From a virus, in the IMG/VR virus record IMGVR_UViG_3300021389_000014, positions 1 to 64,000 of that record: a stretch of DNA of 64,000 bases. One strand, given 5' to 3'. The number at the start of each line of letters is the position of its first letter. Position 1 is the stretch's first letter. The notes below the pieces were generated by a model. That model did no database searches, was not told the origin of the DNA, and saw nothing but the letters and a program-made list of their open reading frames with translations. The position numbers and the translations under genes were made by a program. Of the stretch, positions 50,274 to 60,026 are shown piece by piece.

Positions 50274-53141
50274 TCATCGTTTGCCCTCTCTGCCCTTATT
50301 TTTCTTTCTACGGTCAATCATATATGGCAAACTAAACCAATGCTCAAACCATTCAGGAGTTCCCGGTTCAAGTCCTTTTTTCTTAGCCAACCTAGCAGTC
50401 TCTGTGCCAGTTATGCTTATATTTTCTTTTATATAATTTATAAAATCTTTTGATATTTTTCCATCTTTGAAAAATGTATTTTCGCCAACCAATCTACCAC
50501 GATAGGGATGTGGTTGTTCACCAGTCTTAGATGGTTTTGATTTTTTAGGCATTTTTTCTTTGCCTTTTACTTGATCTGGCTTTTTCTTTTCATTAACACG
50601 CTTTGGTCCCGTGAATGTAGTATATCTTTTTTCGCCAGTTTCAAAATTTATAAGCTTGTCTAAATCAAATCCACTGTTTGAACCAGCCATCTCCCCTGCC
50701 ACTTCTTCTGCATAAACCATCGGTTGATAAAATTTTCCATCAACTTCTATAAATTTTGCAGGACCGAAATTGTGTTTTTTTCTAAATTCTAATTGATGAT
50801 TGGGCAAGGTGCCAGTTTTGCTAGTTTTCATACTTAGGCCCAATACTTTATAAGATGCGCCATTTGATAGAGTAAATCTCATCCCTGGTCTAAAATCTCC
50901 AAATATTCCTTGTTCTTGTGCAATGGTGAACGCTTCACGTTTTAATTCTGCAATAGATTTTACATCGTCTGACATTTTTTTATGAAAGTCTTTTAGTTTT
51001 TTATCTTCTCGTTTCTTTGATAAATCAAATATTTCGCTTTCATTTATTTTTCCAGAACGTGTCATTACTTCTACATATTTGTTAAAGTATTTTTTTCTGT
51101 TTTCCAAATGTTTCATAGCTGGATTAATTTGACGCGTGACAGATTTTACGTCAGAAAAATCACTAACGTCTGGTCTTACAACATTAAGCCAAAACCATAA
51201 TGCAGTTTTTGCCGCAATTTTTGGATTTTCTACCATTTCTGGATTTTTTACTAGATCAATTCCCAAATCTTTTGAAGCTTCCGTATAATTATATTTTCCA
51301 GTTAAATGAATATAACCTCTTCCTTTATACTTGTATCCATCTCCAGGTTCGGTGTTCCCTAATGTTTTTGCTTTTTTTTCCGCGTATTCTGGGTCATATT
51401 TTTTGAAGTAACTTTTTCCTCCCAGTTCTTTTAGATGATTATACAATCCCGTTTCTTGTGCAGTCTGTGCAAGAAATGCAGCAAGTTCAATTCCTTTTAA
51501 TCCAGCGTTTTCTGCTGCATTGATTAGGTAAATTTCACTTGGCTGATCTGTTATTCTGACAACAGGTCTAGGATTTGGTCTTAGACTTTGTTTGGGAGCA
51601 GTATCAGTCGGTTCTTTCTTGGCTTCTGGTTCGTTAGAAAATCTTGAGTTCGGTCTTAAACTTGACTTTGGTGCAGAAGATTTACTATCGTCAGGAATTT
51701 GTTGTGTCTGAACTGGTTCGCTTGCATTTGCTTTGTTGATTCCGCCGTATCCTACTGCTCCCATTGCGCCAACTGTTCCCAAAGAACCCGCCACTGCCGC
51801 TGCTTTTCCTATCCTACGAAGTGCATCGCGAGGGCCTTCTTCTAGGGTACGCGCGTCTTCTATAATGGCTTTTTCAGATAATCCCATATTGAATAATTTA
51901 GTTGACGTAGTATTTTTTCTAGCTTTTTTGTTTAGTTCCGAAGGGTATCCGTCTTTGTTGACTTTATTTCCAAATTTTGCCGCTTGTGTTTTTATCTCAT
52001 TTGGACCAACATCCACTGTCGTGTTGACTCCCTTAACAACACGCCCACCGTGTTCTTTTATTGGCGATACCGTACTGCTTAGATTATTCCCAACGCCTAG
52101 TTTTCTTTTTATTTCTGCAAGCAAATCTATGAATATCTCTTTCACCTCATTTAGTCCTGCAAAAAAGTTCATAAACTTTTGCATAGTGAGAGACGCAACT
52201 GAGTTCATCATGTTTTGAAATACATCAAGTTTTTCAAATAACTCTTCTATCATTTCGCCTTTTGCAAAATTTACAAATTCGCTAAGTTTTGAATACTGAG
52301 TTATTCTTGACCAAATGAATTTAACAAATCCATACATTCCTAGCTTATAAAGCAATCCTTTCCATCCTCCTAGCTGGACTGCTTTTCGCTGACCAGTATA
52401 GAACATTTCTATTATTTGATTTATTTTTCCAATAGCTTGGTCTATTATTTTATTGTTAGTAGATGTTTGAAGTTTTGTGACCGTTCCCTTTATGGTTTTT
52501 AATTGATTTAGTGATCTTTTTCCGATTTGAATTGATGCTTTTTCTAAAATATCTGCATTGCTTATTATATCTTTTATTATTATTCCAGCATCTTTAAAGT
52601 TAGTTATTGTAGAACTAACATCAGACATCGTGTCGTCTGCCTTACTTTTTAAGAAATTTTTTATACTGTCGAGGAATCCTTCATATAATTCTATTTCTTC
52701 AAAAATATAGTCGGCTGTTATGCTTTCTGTTAGCGGAAATGTTGGAAAAATTACAGTTGCCAAAAAATTACTTTTTAAGTGATTTTTATGCTCTCTCAAG
52801 AAAGTGCTAACGATTTCTATATTTTCTCTCATATATAATCTCATAGCACGAGTTATCGCGTGTTGTATATCCTGGGCGGCTGGCTTTTCATTAAATACTT
52901 TTATTATGTTTTCTGGATTCAATTTGCTATAAAGTATCCAATTTCCACCAACTTCTCTTGTAGAAAACAATTCAAGTTTCCCGTTTTCGCTCATCTCTTG
53001 GTATTTGTCGAATAGCTCTCGTGATCTTATATTTGGTATGTATCGTGATACGGTAAACGCTGCATTTTCTGTGCTAATTTCTGGATTATCTTTTATAACT
53101 CTGTCCATATAGGTCAAGCCGATAATAAACTTATTTTCCAT
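50274..53141 (-). CDS. Multi-module protein with internal GH19 (chitinase/lysozyme-like) domain
   Basis: AAFLAQTAQET, LGNTEPGDGYKYKGRGYIHLTGKYNY, TALWFW, VTRQIN; start MENK with AAGGA SD; late promoter at 53173-53180. Confidence 0.8.
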   Translation of the reverse strand: MENKFIIGLTYMDRVIKDNPEISTENAAFTVSRYIPNIRSRELFDKYQEMSENGKLELFSTREVGGNWILYSKLNPENIIKVFNEKPAAQDIQHAITRAMRLYMRENIEIVSTFLREHKNHLKSNFLATVIFPTFPLTESITADYIFEEIELYEGFLDSIKNFLKSKADDTMSDVSSTITNFKDAGIIIKDIISNADILEKASIQIGKRSLNQLKTIKGTVTKLQTSTNNKIIDQAIGKINQIIEMFYTGQRKAVQLGGWKGLLYKLGMYGFVKFIWSRITQYSKLSEFVNFAKGEMIEELFEKLDVFQNMMNSVASLTMQKFMNFFAGLNEVKEIFIDLLAEIKRKLGVGNNLSSTVSPIKEHGGRVVKGVNTTVDVGPNEIKTQAAKFGNKVNKDGYPSELNKKARKNTTSTKLFNMGLSEKAIIEDARTLEEGPRDALRRIGKAAAVAGSLGTVGAMGAVGYGGINKANASEPVQTQQIPDDSKSSAPKSSLRPNSRFSNEPEAKKEPTDTAPKQSLRPNPRPVVRITDQPSEIYLINAAENAGLKGIELAAFLAQTAQETGLYNHLKELGGKSYFKKYDPEYAEKKAKTLGNTEPGDGYKYKGRGYIHLTGKYNYTEASKDLGIDLVKNPEMVENPKIAAKTALWFWLNVVRPDVSDFSDVKSVTRQINPAMKHLENRKKYFNKYVEVMTRSGKINESEIFDLSKKREDKKLKDFHKKMSDDVKSIAELKREAFTIAQEQGIFGDFRPGMRFTLSNGASYKVLGLSMKTSKTGTLPNHQLEFRKKHNFGPAKFIEVDGKFYQPMVYAEEVAGEMAGSNSGFDLDKLINFETGEKRYTTFTGPKRVNEKKKPDQVKGKEKMPKKSKPSKTGEQPHPYRGRLVGENTFFKDGKISKDFINYIKENISITGTETARLAKKKGLEPGTPEWFEHWFSLPYMIDRRKKNKGREGKR

Positions 53142-53172
53142 TATTAATTCCTTTAACAATATATATATTGAG

Positions 53173-53207
53173 TATTTATAAAAAAACCCCCGCTAAAAGC
53201 GAGGGTT
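53173..53207 (-). terminator. Terminator directly followed by late promoter TATAAATA
   Basis: AACCCTCGC-TTTTA-GCGGGGGTT-TTTTT then TATAAATA. Confidence 0.75.
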
Positions 53208-53230
53208 AATTTGTTATTATAACAGATTAA

Positions 53231-53659
53231 TTATGGTGCAGGATCATCTGCTTCAAAATCATCTTCGTCAGTAGACGCAGATGTAATAACCATGTCGTCA
53301 CCCGCTTCTTCCATCTCTGCATAACCATCGTCGGTTGCATCCGTCCAGTTCCAAGCAATTGTGTCGCCAGTGCTTAGAGTTACACGGTGTGCGGAAATTT
53401 TAGAAACTTGAAATACGGTTCCGGCATCATCTTTGACAGAAATGCTCAGTTCTCCGTCTACAAGGTCTCCCGTTGCTTTTGGAACAAGATAGCACTCTTT
53501 GGTTACTGTCCCGTCAGTGCATACAAAACGCTTACTTCCAGTTTGCTTAACAATCCATCCATTTACGCTTCCGGCACCGCCAAAGTGAAATTGAACTTTG
53601 ATTTCATCGCCGCCTACTGTTGGTGGCCCGAAATATCTTTTATTTAATGGTCTTCCCAT
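53231..53659 (-). CDS. Probable virion structural protein
   Basis: MGRPLNKRYFG...IVKQTGSKRF; strong AAGGAG SD; own terminator. Confidence 0.6.
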   Translation of the reverse strand: MGRPLNKRYFGPPTVGGDEIKVQFHFGGAGSVNGWIVKQTGSKRFVCTDGTVTKECYLVPKATGDLVDGELSISVKDDAGTVFQVSKISAHRVTLSTGDTIAWNWTDATDDGYAEMEEAGDDMVITSASTDEDDFEADDPAP

Positions 53660-53747
53660 TGGTATTCTCCTTTTTGTTTGTCAGTTACGGGTTCTAACCC
53701 GCTACGGGGAAGGAATGTATTCAAACCCCATAAAGACCCAACAAGGA

Positions 53748-54782
53748 TCAATTGACAATAGTATTTAGCGATTTTGCATAATTATATAGCTGCAAACTTG
53801 CCAAATTCTTGTTTTTTGCTTCTACCATAATATCAAAATCGTCCCAAAAAGATAGCGCCCAGTCGTTACATGCACGGCTGTGCATCATATCGCTATGTGC
53901 ACGTAGTTTAGTTTTTTTATGTCCTTCATTCAATAGTTGATTCATATCTGGCAGAATTGTACTATCTTTGATATATTCTTCCCGACTAACACTATAGTGC
54001 ATAGTCGGACGAACACCCCGCCAGCTATTCAAAATGGCCTTGATTCTTTTATCACTTGGATGAATGAATTCGCCCCCTGTTCGGATGTAATGGTGATGAA
54101 TGTCCAGAACAATTGGAATAATATCAGAAAGTTCAAGACACGAATCAATGCCCCACCCGAATTCATCGTTTTCGATTGTAATACTATTTCGTGCTTCGCT
54201 GCTTAATCTATTGTAAACTGCACGAATTCCATCTGGTCCGCGCTTGCCGCCAATATGAACATTGCACTTGAAATCTTGGAATTTTTGTCCATATCCCATC
54301 CAGCGAATCATGTCACAATGATATTCAAATTCGTGGATGCTATTTTCTACAACATTAGGATTATCGGAAGCCAAAACGGTGAACTGGCCAGGATGCATAG
54401 ACAAGCGAACATCAAGCTCACGAGCAATATCACCAATTCTGGCGAATGATTGTTCAAGCCATCTTTTTGTATCTTGGCTATCATAGAAGTAACTCCAATG
54501 CTGCTCAGTATAAAGAGGAAGAATATCTGAACTAATGCGAAGTAAACGACACTCATTTTCTAGTTTTCCTACATAATTAATAAGATTTTTTACAGATGAT
54601 ACGTTGTGCTTCACAACTTCTTCTAGTCGTTGTTCGGCAACGCGTTTTGATTGACGATTTAGCCAAGCGCGAGTAACCGAACGTGTATTGTATGGTTGTT
54701 CTACACTTTTCTTTTCTTTTGCGGACAGCATCTGGTCTTGATGCATGTATTTACATGCAAAGCCAATACGGTTTGTAGTCAT
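53748..54782 (-). CDS. uvsE: UV-damage endonuclease (UVDE/UvsE)
   Basis: RIGFAC, RISSDILP, RLSMHPGQF, IEND, LDIHHH, AHSD, MVEAKNK. Confidence 0.92.
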   Translation of the reverse strand: MTTNRIGFACKYMHQDQMLSAKEKKSVEQPYNTRSVTRAWLNRQSKRVAEQRLEEVVKHNVSSVKNLINYVGKLENECRLLRISSDILPLYTEQHWSYFYDSQDTKRWLEQSFARIGDIARELDVRLSMHPGQFTVLASDNPNVVENSIHEFEYHCDMIRWMGYGQKFQDFKCNVHIGGKRGPDGIRAVYNRLSSEARNSITIENDEFGWGIDSCLELSDIIPIVLDIHHHYIRTGGEFIHPSDKRIKAILNSWRGVRPTMHYSVSREEYIKDSTILPDMNQLLNEGHKKTKLRAHSDMMHSRACNDWALSFWDDFDIMVEAKNKNLASLQLYNYAKSLNTIVN

Positions 54783-54833
54783 TTGGGTTCCTTTCGAATC
54801 ATAGCCTTATATTGCTACAATTCGCAAGGGAAG

Positions 54834-55379
54834 TCAACTAAAAAGATAAGGATGCGATTTAATTATTTTTACTAATTGTTCGTTTGTAAAGTCTATTCGT
54901 TTTTTATAATCTTCCGGAAGAATGCTCCAATCTCGTAAACTAGGGTGCGTCTGTTCTTCTAAATTATAATACCCAGAGTATCGCCAGCCTTCATTGATTT
55001 TTTTGTCTACCCAACGATTGTGCAAAAATTTAGAAAGAGTCTCACATATCTCTTCCTTCAATTGCTCGTCAATAATATATTCTGATATTTCTGATTTGTG
55101 TGTTTCGTCGTATTTTGTAGATACTATGAAATCACCATCATAATAATGATCCCATGCAGTTACTATATATTCTGCATCTGTATTACTAATGTCTTTTTTT
55201 AAGAATACCTTATACTTGTACACTTTTGATGTTTTTTGTGAAACTATTTTGTGTTGCGATATTGTTCCATTTGTCAAAAATTTAAGAATAATATTTAACC
55301 ATTTTTCTTTTTGTTCGTCCGAAAGTGGTTCCGGTGTTTCTAATAAAATATAATTCATAATAATCTCACTCAAAATCAT
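54834..55379 (-). CDS. RyR-domain-containing protein
   Basis: HNRWVDKKINEGWRY...THPSLRDWSILPE. Confidence 0.75.
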   Translation of the reverse strand: MILSEIIMNYILLETPEPLSDEQKEKWLNIILKFLTNGTISQHKIVSQKTSKVYKYKVFLKKDISNTDAEYIVTAWDHYYDGDFIVSTKYDETHKSEISEYIIDEQLKEEICETLSKFLHNRWVDKKINEGWRYSGYYNLEEQTHPSLRDWSILPEDYKKRIDFTNEQLVKIIKSHPYLFS

Positions 55380-55683
55380 CCAATGATGGTACTTCGTCTT
55401 CTCCGAAATCTCTGTTTCTATTTATTTCTGGCGGGTCGCTTGGGGCTGCTGCACGTCCATTAAGATATAATCCAAACCAAGCTGCGCCAGCGCCAACTAT
55501 CACAGATACAAGTGCAGATTGTTCCATATTGGGATCAGTTAGAGACATAAACCAAGTAACTACTTCATATAACAAGTATATATACATTGAAATAAAAACA
55601 CGTGGAAAAATCCTCCATCTATCCAAATATGCGGGAGCGTTCCACCATAGTGTTTTTCGAAAGTCTATTAGTTTTTTTGCCAT
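55366..55683 (-). CDS. Two-TM membrane protein, holin candidate
   Basis: Two hydrophobic helices and acidic tail; late promoter at 55705-55712; GGAG SD. Confidence 0.5.
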   Translation of the reverse strand: MAKKLIDFRKTLWWNAPAYLDRWRIFPRVFISMYIYLLYEVVTWFMSLTDPNMEQSALVSVIVGAGAAWFGLYLNGRAAAPSDPPEINRNRDFGEDEVPSLDDFE

Positions 55684-55704
55684 CAATATACTCCCATACA
55701 AATA

Positions 55705-55738
55705 TATTTATAAAAAAAGGGGGCATATGCCCCCTTTT
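55705..55738 (-). terminator. Terminator directly followed by late promoter TATAAATA
   Basis: AAAAGGGGGC-ATAT-GCCCCCTTTT then TATAAATA. Confidence 0.8.
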
Positions 55739-55761
55739 GATTTAGTATTTATTGATTAACC

Positions 55762-56139
55762 TTATGCCAATTCACTGAATGCCAACGTCAACGCAGCAAC
55801 AGTTACGTCGGTTTTGTTAGTTGCATCAGAAATTAGTGCATCTATTGCAGCAGCAACATCAGTGTCAGTATTGGCTGATACATACGCGCCAGCAGTTGCA
55901 CCATCTACCATTACAACGAAACCTTCGTCTTCGCGCTCACCGATGTGAACAACAGACATCTGTGTTTGAATTGCACGAATTGCTTTACCGAAGTTTCCTT
56001 CAACAAAAGCAGCTTGTCCGTCTACAGAAGGGGTGTCTGCAGTTCCGATATCACCAGCAGTGTTAGTGATGCTGAATACTAGTGGGTCATACCCGTAAAA
56101 ACTTCCAGAAGCGGTTAATCCATTTACCTTATTTACCAT
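55762..56139 (-). CDS. Probable abundant virion (decoration-type) protein
   Basis: Ala/Thr-rich; AAGGAG SD; own late promoter (56185-56192) and terminator. Confidence 0.55.
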   Translation of the reverse strand: MVNKVNGLTASGSFYGYDPLVFSITNTAGDIGTADTPSVDGQAAFVEGNFGKAIRAIQTQMSVVHIGEREDEGFVVMVDGATAGAYVSANTDTDVAAAIDALISDATNKTDVTVAALTLAFSELA

Positions 56140-56212
56140 TTTTATTTCTCCTTAATATATTGCATCGTCTTTGATGCTTAATTGTATTTATAAAATTTAT
56201 TCAAAAAAATGC

Positions 56213-56878
56213 TTATAAGTTAATATATTCTACAAAAATTCTCATACTTCCTGTCGTAGCGCCATTTATATTAATAGATAGCTGGTCTCCCGTGGAATAA
56301 AACTTATCTAGAGAATATATATACATCCCAATTCTATCACCGAGTATTTCACCAGATGCGATCAATGTTTCACTACTGTCAGATATAGAAATATTAGTAG
56401 TATCATATGCTTCGTCAATATGAATACTTATAGCTTTTAATTGGCTATTATCTGGTAACGTATCGCCAATAGTTTCTGTGGATATTCCAAAAGAACTAAC
56501 ATTTGATATGACAATATTTTTTAAGTTATTAGTGTCTTGCCATACGGGCAATCCATTTAATGACGTAATTACTTGTTGACTATCACCTGTTCCTACAGGC
56601 AACACATCTAGCGAACCTGTTTCGTTGGCATATAAAATATCTCCTGGATTGTATTGGTCTAATCCAGTTCCGCCTTTATCTAGCGGCAGAACTCCTACAA
56701 TATTATCGCCTGATAAATCAATTGTAAAATAATCTGGAAACGCGATTTCTTGTGCAGTAAATGCACCAACTGATGCATCCCATCTCAATAAGTAATTATC
56801 ATCTATTGTTGCAGGATCAATGACAATAAGAGGAATTGTTTGTGTTGTGATCGTAGATGTACTTGCATATATTGCCAT
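56213..56878 (-). CDS. Probable structural protein with fibre-like repeat
   Basis: LPLDKGGTG...PGDILYA motif; AAGGAG SD. Confidence 0.55.
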   Translation of the reverse strand: MAIYASTSTITTQTIPLIVIDPATIDDNYLLRWDASVGAFTAQEIAFPDYFTIDLSGDNIVGVLPLDKGGTGLDQYNPGDILYANETGSLDVLPVGTGDSQQVITSLNGLPVWQDTNNLKNIVISNVSSFGISTETIGDTLPDNSQLKAISIHIDEAYDTTNISISDSSETLIASGEILGDRIGMYIYSLDKFYSTGDQLSININGATTGSMRIFVEYINL

Positions 56879-56889
56879 ATGAACTCCTT

Positions 56890-57297
56890 TTATATATTTA
56901 GTATAATTTTATCAATTGTTCCATGAACCGTAGAATTGTATGCGGTTTCTGGAAGATAAGAACGGTCAATACGTGCACGAATGTACAAAAGGTTGGCACG
57001 AAATGTGAAGCCCTCAGTAACGGTGTCTCCATCATTTGTCCCAGTAGGCGATACTGAATTTATTGGGTATTCACGATAAGGAGTCCCGCTGGTTAAATAT
57101 ATTGGAAACCAATCATCTTCTGTTGGATTGAGCGCAATTGTGCCTTCAACATAAAACCTGCCAACAAAGTTATTAACAGATATACTTACCGTATGCAAAT
57201 TTTGGGTCATTCCAGAAAATATGTCAGTTCTTGTTGCATCTCCAGTAAATGATAGTTCTGTTTGGTTTGTCAATATAGTATAACTAGTTTTACTCAT
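56890..57297 (-). CDS. Hypothetical beta-rich (structural?) protein
   Basis: HTVSISV..FVGR...EGT...P.EDDWF...FRAN..YIRAR. Confidence 0.6.
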   Translation of the reverse strand: MSKTSYTILTNQTELSFTGDATRTDIFSGMTQNLHTVSISVNNFVGRFYVEGTIALNPTEDDWFPIYLTSGTPYREYPINSVSPTGTNDGDTVTEGFTFRANLLYIRARIDRSYLPETAYNSTVHGTIDKIILNI

Positions 57298-57317
57298 TTT
57301 TCGTTCCTCTATATGAA

Positions 57318-57340
57318 TAATGCCCGAAATTCGGGCATTA
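57318..57340. terminator. Hairpin after clpA
   Basis: TAATGCCCGAA-A-TTCGGGCATTA. Confidence 0.6.
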
Positions 57341-57347
57341 TCGTTTC

Positions 57348-59576
57348 TTACTCTATATTTATCTTATTTTCTTTTAATTTTATTTTTATATCTTTGTTGT
57401 TTTTAGAAAATAGTATTTTTCTGGCCAATTCTTTTTTAATGTTATCATTGATAACTCGTGCCATAGGTCGCGCACCCATTAGAGGATCAAATCCTTTTTC
57501 GGAAATCCATTCTACTACATCATTATCCCACGTGAGATTTATAGATTGTTCATCTGTGAGAGATTTGAGTTCGTTTAGGAATTTCTCTGAAATATGATTA
57601 ACATTTTCGCGTCTTAGTTTGTCAAACTTAACTACTGAATCAAGGCGATTTCTAAATTCTGGTGAGAAGAATTTTGTCACAGCTTCATCTTGTGCGTCGT
57701 CGTGCTTGTCGCCACCGAATCCAATAACATTTCTTTCACTATCCGCCGCGCCCAAGTTGCTTGTCATGATAATGATTGCGTTTCTTGCGCTTGCAGATTT
57801 GCCATTTCCGCCAGTCACTATTCCATCGTCCATCAATTGTAGAAGAATGTTCAATACATCAGGATGTGCTTTTTCTACTTCATCAAGCAATAAAATGCAA
57901 TTTGGATATTGCTCTAATTTATTAATCAGTGCACCACTGCCTTGGCCACCATCACCATAACCAACATATCCAGGAGGCGATCCGATGAATTTCGCAACAG
58001 TATGCTTTTCTTGAAATTCGCTCATATCAAATTTTACTAATTCAAGATTCATAGATTTAGAAAGAACTTTACAAACCTCGGTCTTACCAACACCAGTTGG
58101 GCCAGTAAACAGATAACATCCTACTGGTTTGTTTTGTGGCTTTAGTCCTGCTTGGCTGATATAAAGAGAATCGGATAGCCAAGAAATTGCAGCGTCTTGA
58201 CCAAATATGCTTTTCTTTAATACAGAATCGATGTCAACTGTCTTTTTGCTCTTTTCTGATGCAGACGTAATACTATCAAGGGGAATTCTGCATATTTTAG
58301 ATATTTCGATCTTAATATCCTTCTCAGTGATTTTCTTTGTTTTTGTGTTTGTAAAAATCTTTTTACGTGCTGCGCTGCTGTCAATTATCTCAAAAGTCTT
58401 GTCTGGAAGTTTCTTATCAAGCATATACTTGACACTAAGATCAACTGCAAGATCAATTGCTTTTTTATCGAATTTTACTCCATGAAACTTTTCATAAGCT
58501 CCGATGCTCTGATTTAGAATTTTCTTTGTTTGTTCTGGTGTTGGTTCTTCTACGTCAATTTTATTGAAGCGACGAACTAATGCAGAATCTTTCTCAAATT
58601 TTTCACGATACTCATTATACGTCGTGGAACCTATACAACGGATTTTGCCATGTTGCAAGGATGGTTTAAGAAGATTGGCAACATCTAGGCCCCCGCTGGT
58701 TCCAGTTCCTGCGCCCATGATTGTATGAATTTCATCAATAAAAAGAATGATATTGTCAGATTTTTCTATCTCACTTAGAATGTTTTTAATTCTCTCTTCT
58801 ATATCCCCGCGATACTTTGTTCCTGCCATAAGCAATCCCATATCGAGGCTATAGATAACATAATCATATATCTCTTCCGGAACTTCGCCATTTACAATTT
58901 TGTGTGCAAGTCCCTCAACGATTGCTGTTTTACCAACTCCGCTTTCACCTACTAGAATTGCATTATTTTTCTTTTTTCTGGATAGCGTTTGAATTAGCTG
59001 TTCTATTTGATATTCTCTACCAATAAGCGGATCAACTTTATCACTAAACGCCAACTCGTTTAAATTTACACAATATGAATTTAACGAGCTTTTGTTCCTT
59101 CGGGAACTAGTTGTCATTTCGTCCCTTGTGCCTTCGTTGTATGGTAGTTCAGATTCACTAATCATGTTGTGAATTAGTGTTTCTCTTTCCATGCCAAACT
59201 TTTTAAAAATATAAAAAGATGGAGTTTCGCTTTCATGTAGAATAGAAAGAAGGAGATCGACCGTATCTATTGTGCGTTTTCCTGAAAAAATTGCTTGTGC
59301 CAACGCACGATTAAAGACACGTTCTATAGAAATTGTCTTTTTTGGTTTTTGCGTTTGATCTGTGATAAAATCTGATAATTCTTGTTTGATGTAATCATCT
59401 ATTTCTAATTTAATGTTATCGCAGTCGCAATTTAGAGAATCGCATATTTGTTTAATATGTATATCTTCTAGCAAAGAAGAGGTCAAATGTTCAACAGTAA
59501 CATACGAATGGTTGTATTTTTCTGCCAATTCGTATGCATTCTCTATAATATTTTCAATTGGTGTATTTGTTGTCAT
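57348..59576 (-). CDS. clpA: ClpA-type AAA+ chaperone/protease ATPase subunit
   Basis: Clp N-domain; [14 protein letters not shown]; [18 protein letters not shown]; IGF ClpP-docking loop; no ClpB middle domain. Confidence 0.92.
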   Translation of the reverse strand: MTTNTPIENIIENAYELAEKYNHSYVTVEHLTSSLLEDIHIKQICDSLNCDCDNIKLEIDDYIKQELSDFITDQTQKPKKTISIERVFNRALAQAIFSGKRTIDTVDLLLSILHESETPSFYIFKKFGMERETLIHNMISESELPYNEGTRDEMTTSSRRNKSSLNSYCVNLNELAFSDKVDPLIGREYQIEQLIQTLSRKKKNNAILVGESGVGKTAIVEGLAHKIVNGEVPEEIYDYVIYSLDMGLLMAGTKYRGDIEERIKNILSEIEKSDNIILFIDEIHTIMGAGTGTSGGLDVANLLKPSLQHGKIRCIGSTTYNEYREKFEKDSALVRRFNKIDVEEPTPEQTKKILNQSIGAYEKFHGVKFDKKAIDLAVDLSVKYMLDKKLPDKTFEIIDSSAARKKIFTNTKTKKITEKDIKIEISKICRIPLDSITSASEKSKKTVDIDSVLKKSIFGQDAAISWLSDSLYISQAGLKPQNKPVGCYLFTGPTGVGKTEVCKVLSKSMNLELVKFDMSEFQEKHTVAKFIGSPPGYVGYGDGGQGSGALINKLEQYPNCILLLDEVEKAHPDVLNILLQLMDDGIVTGGNGKSASARNAIIIMTSNLGAADSERNVIGFGGDKHDDAQDEAVTKFFSPEFRNRLDSVVKFDKLRRENVNHISEKFLNELKSLTDEQSINLTWDNDVVEWISEKGFDPLMGARPMARVINDNIKKELARKILFSKNNKDIKIKLKENKINIE

Positions 59577-59605
59577 TTTTTACCTTTATTTTGTTATATG
59601 TCTGT

Positions 59606-59634
59606 ATATTACAGCATTTTTTCGCCGTTGTCAA
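59606..59634 (-). promoter_or_regulatory. Sigma70-type promoter of clpA
   Basis: TTGACA-17-TAATAT. Confidence 0.72.
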
Positions 59635-59642
59635 ACAGAAAG

Positions 59643-60026
59643 TTACTCATTAGGTGAAGTTTCTTCGTAATAGTTTTCATAAGCAACAATTACTGCTCGT
59701 TGTTCGCGTATCAATCTTAAAAATTCCGCTTGGTTCAGGCCAAGATTTTCGTAATTTTCTGTAGTTAATGCAAATAGAACTGGATTTTTTCCTTGTTCTC
59801 TAAGATTTTGAAACGTTTCTTCTACATTGTCATCGGTGACGACGATCCATTTTGCGGACAAGGTAGTGATTTGTGTGGTCTGCGGTAATACTAACTCTGG
59901 TCGCTGTCTGTGCGTTTGGACTACCTCCACTGGTTTCTGTGGTGGCGAAACGCATCCACTAGTTATCGTAATTAGGGTTAGCAATGTCGCTACAGTAATT
60001 GTTGATTTCGCTAGGTCTAGTTGCAT
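59643..60026 (-). CDS. o-spanin (outer-membrane lipoprotein)
   Basis: Signal with lipobox-like TSGC, Pro-rich start; overlaps the end of the i-spanin gene. Confidence 0.72.
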   Translation of the reverse strand: MQLDLAKSTITVATLLTLITITSGCVSPPQKPVEVVQTHRQRPELVLPQTTQITTLSAKWIVVTDDNVEETFQNLREQGKNPVLFALTTENYENLGLNQAEFLRLIREQRAVIVAYENYYEETSPNE

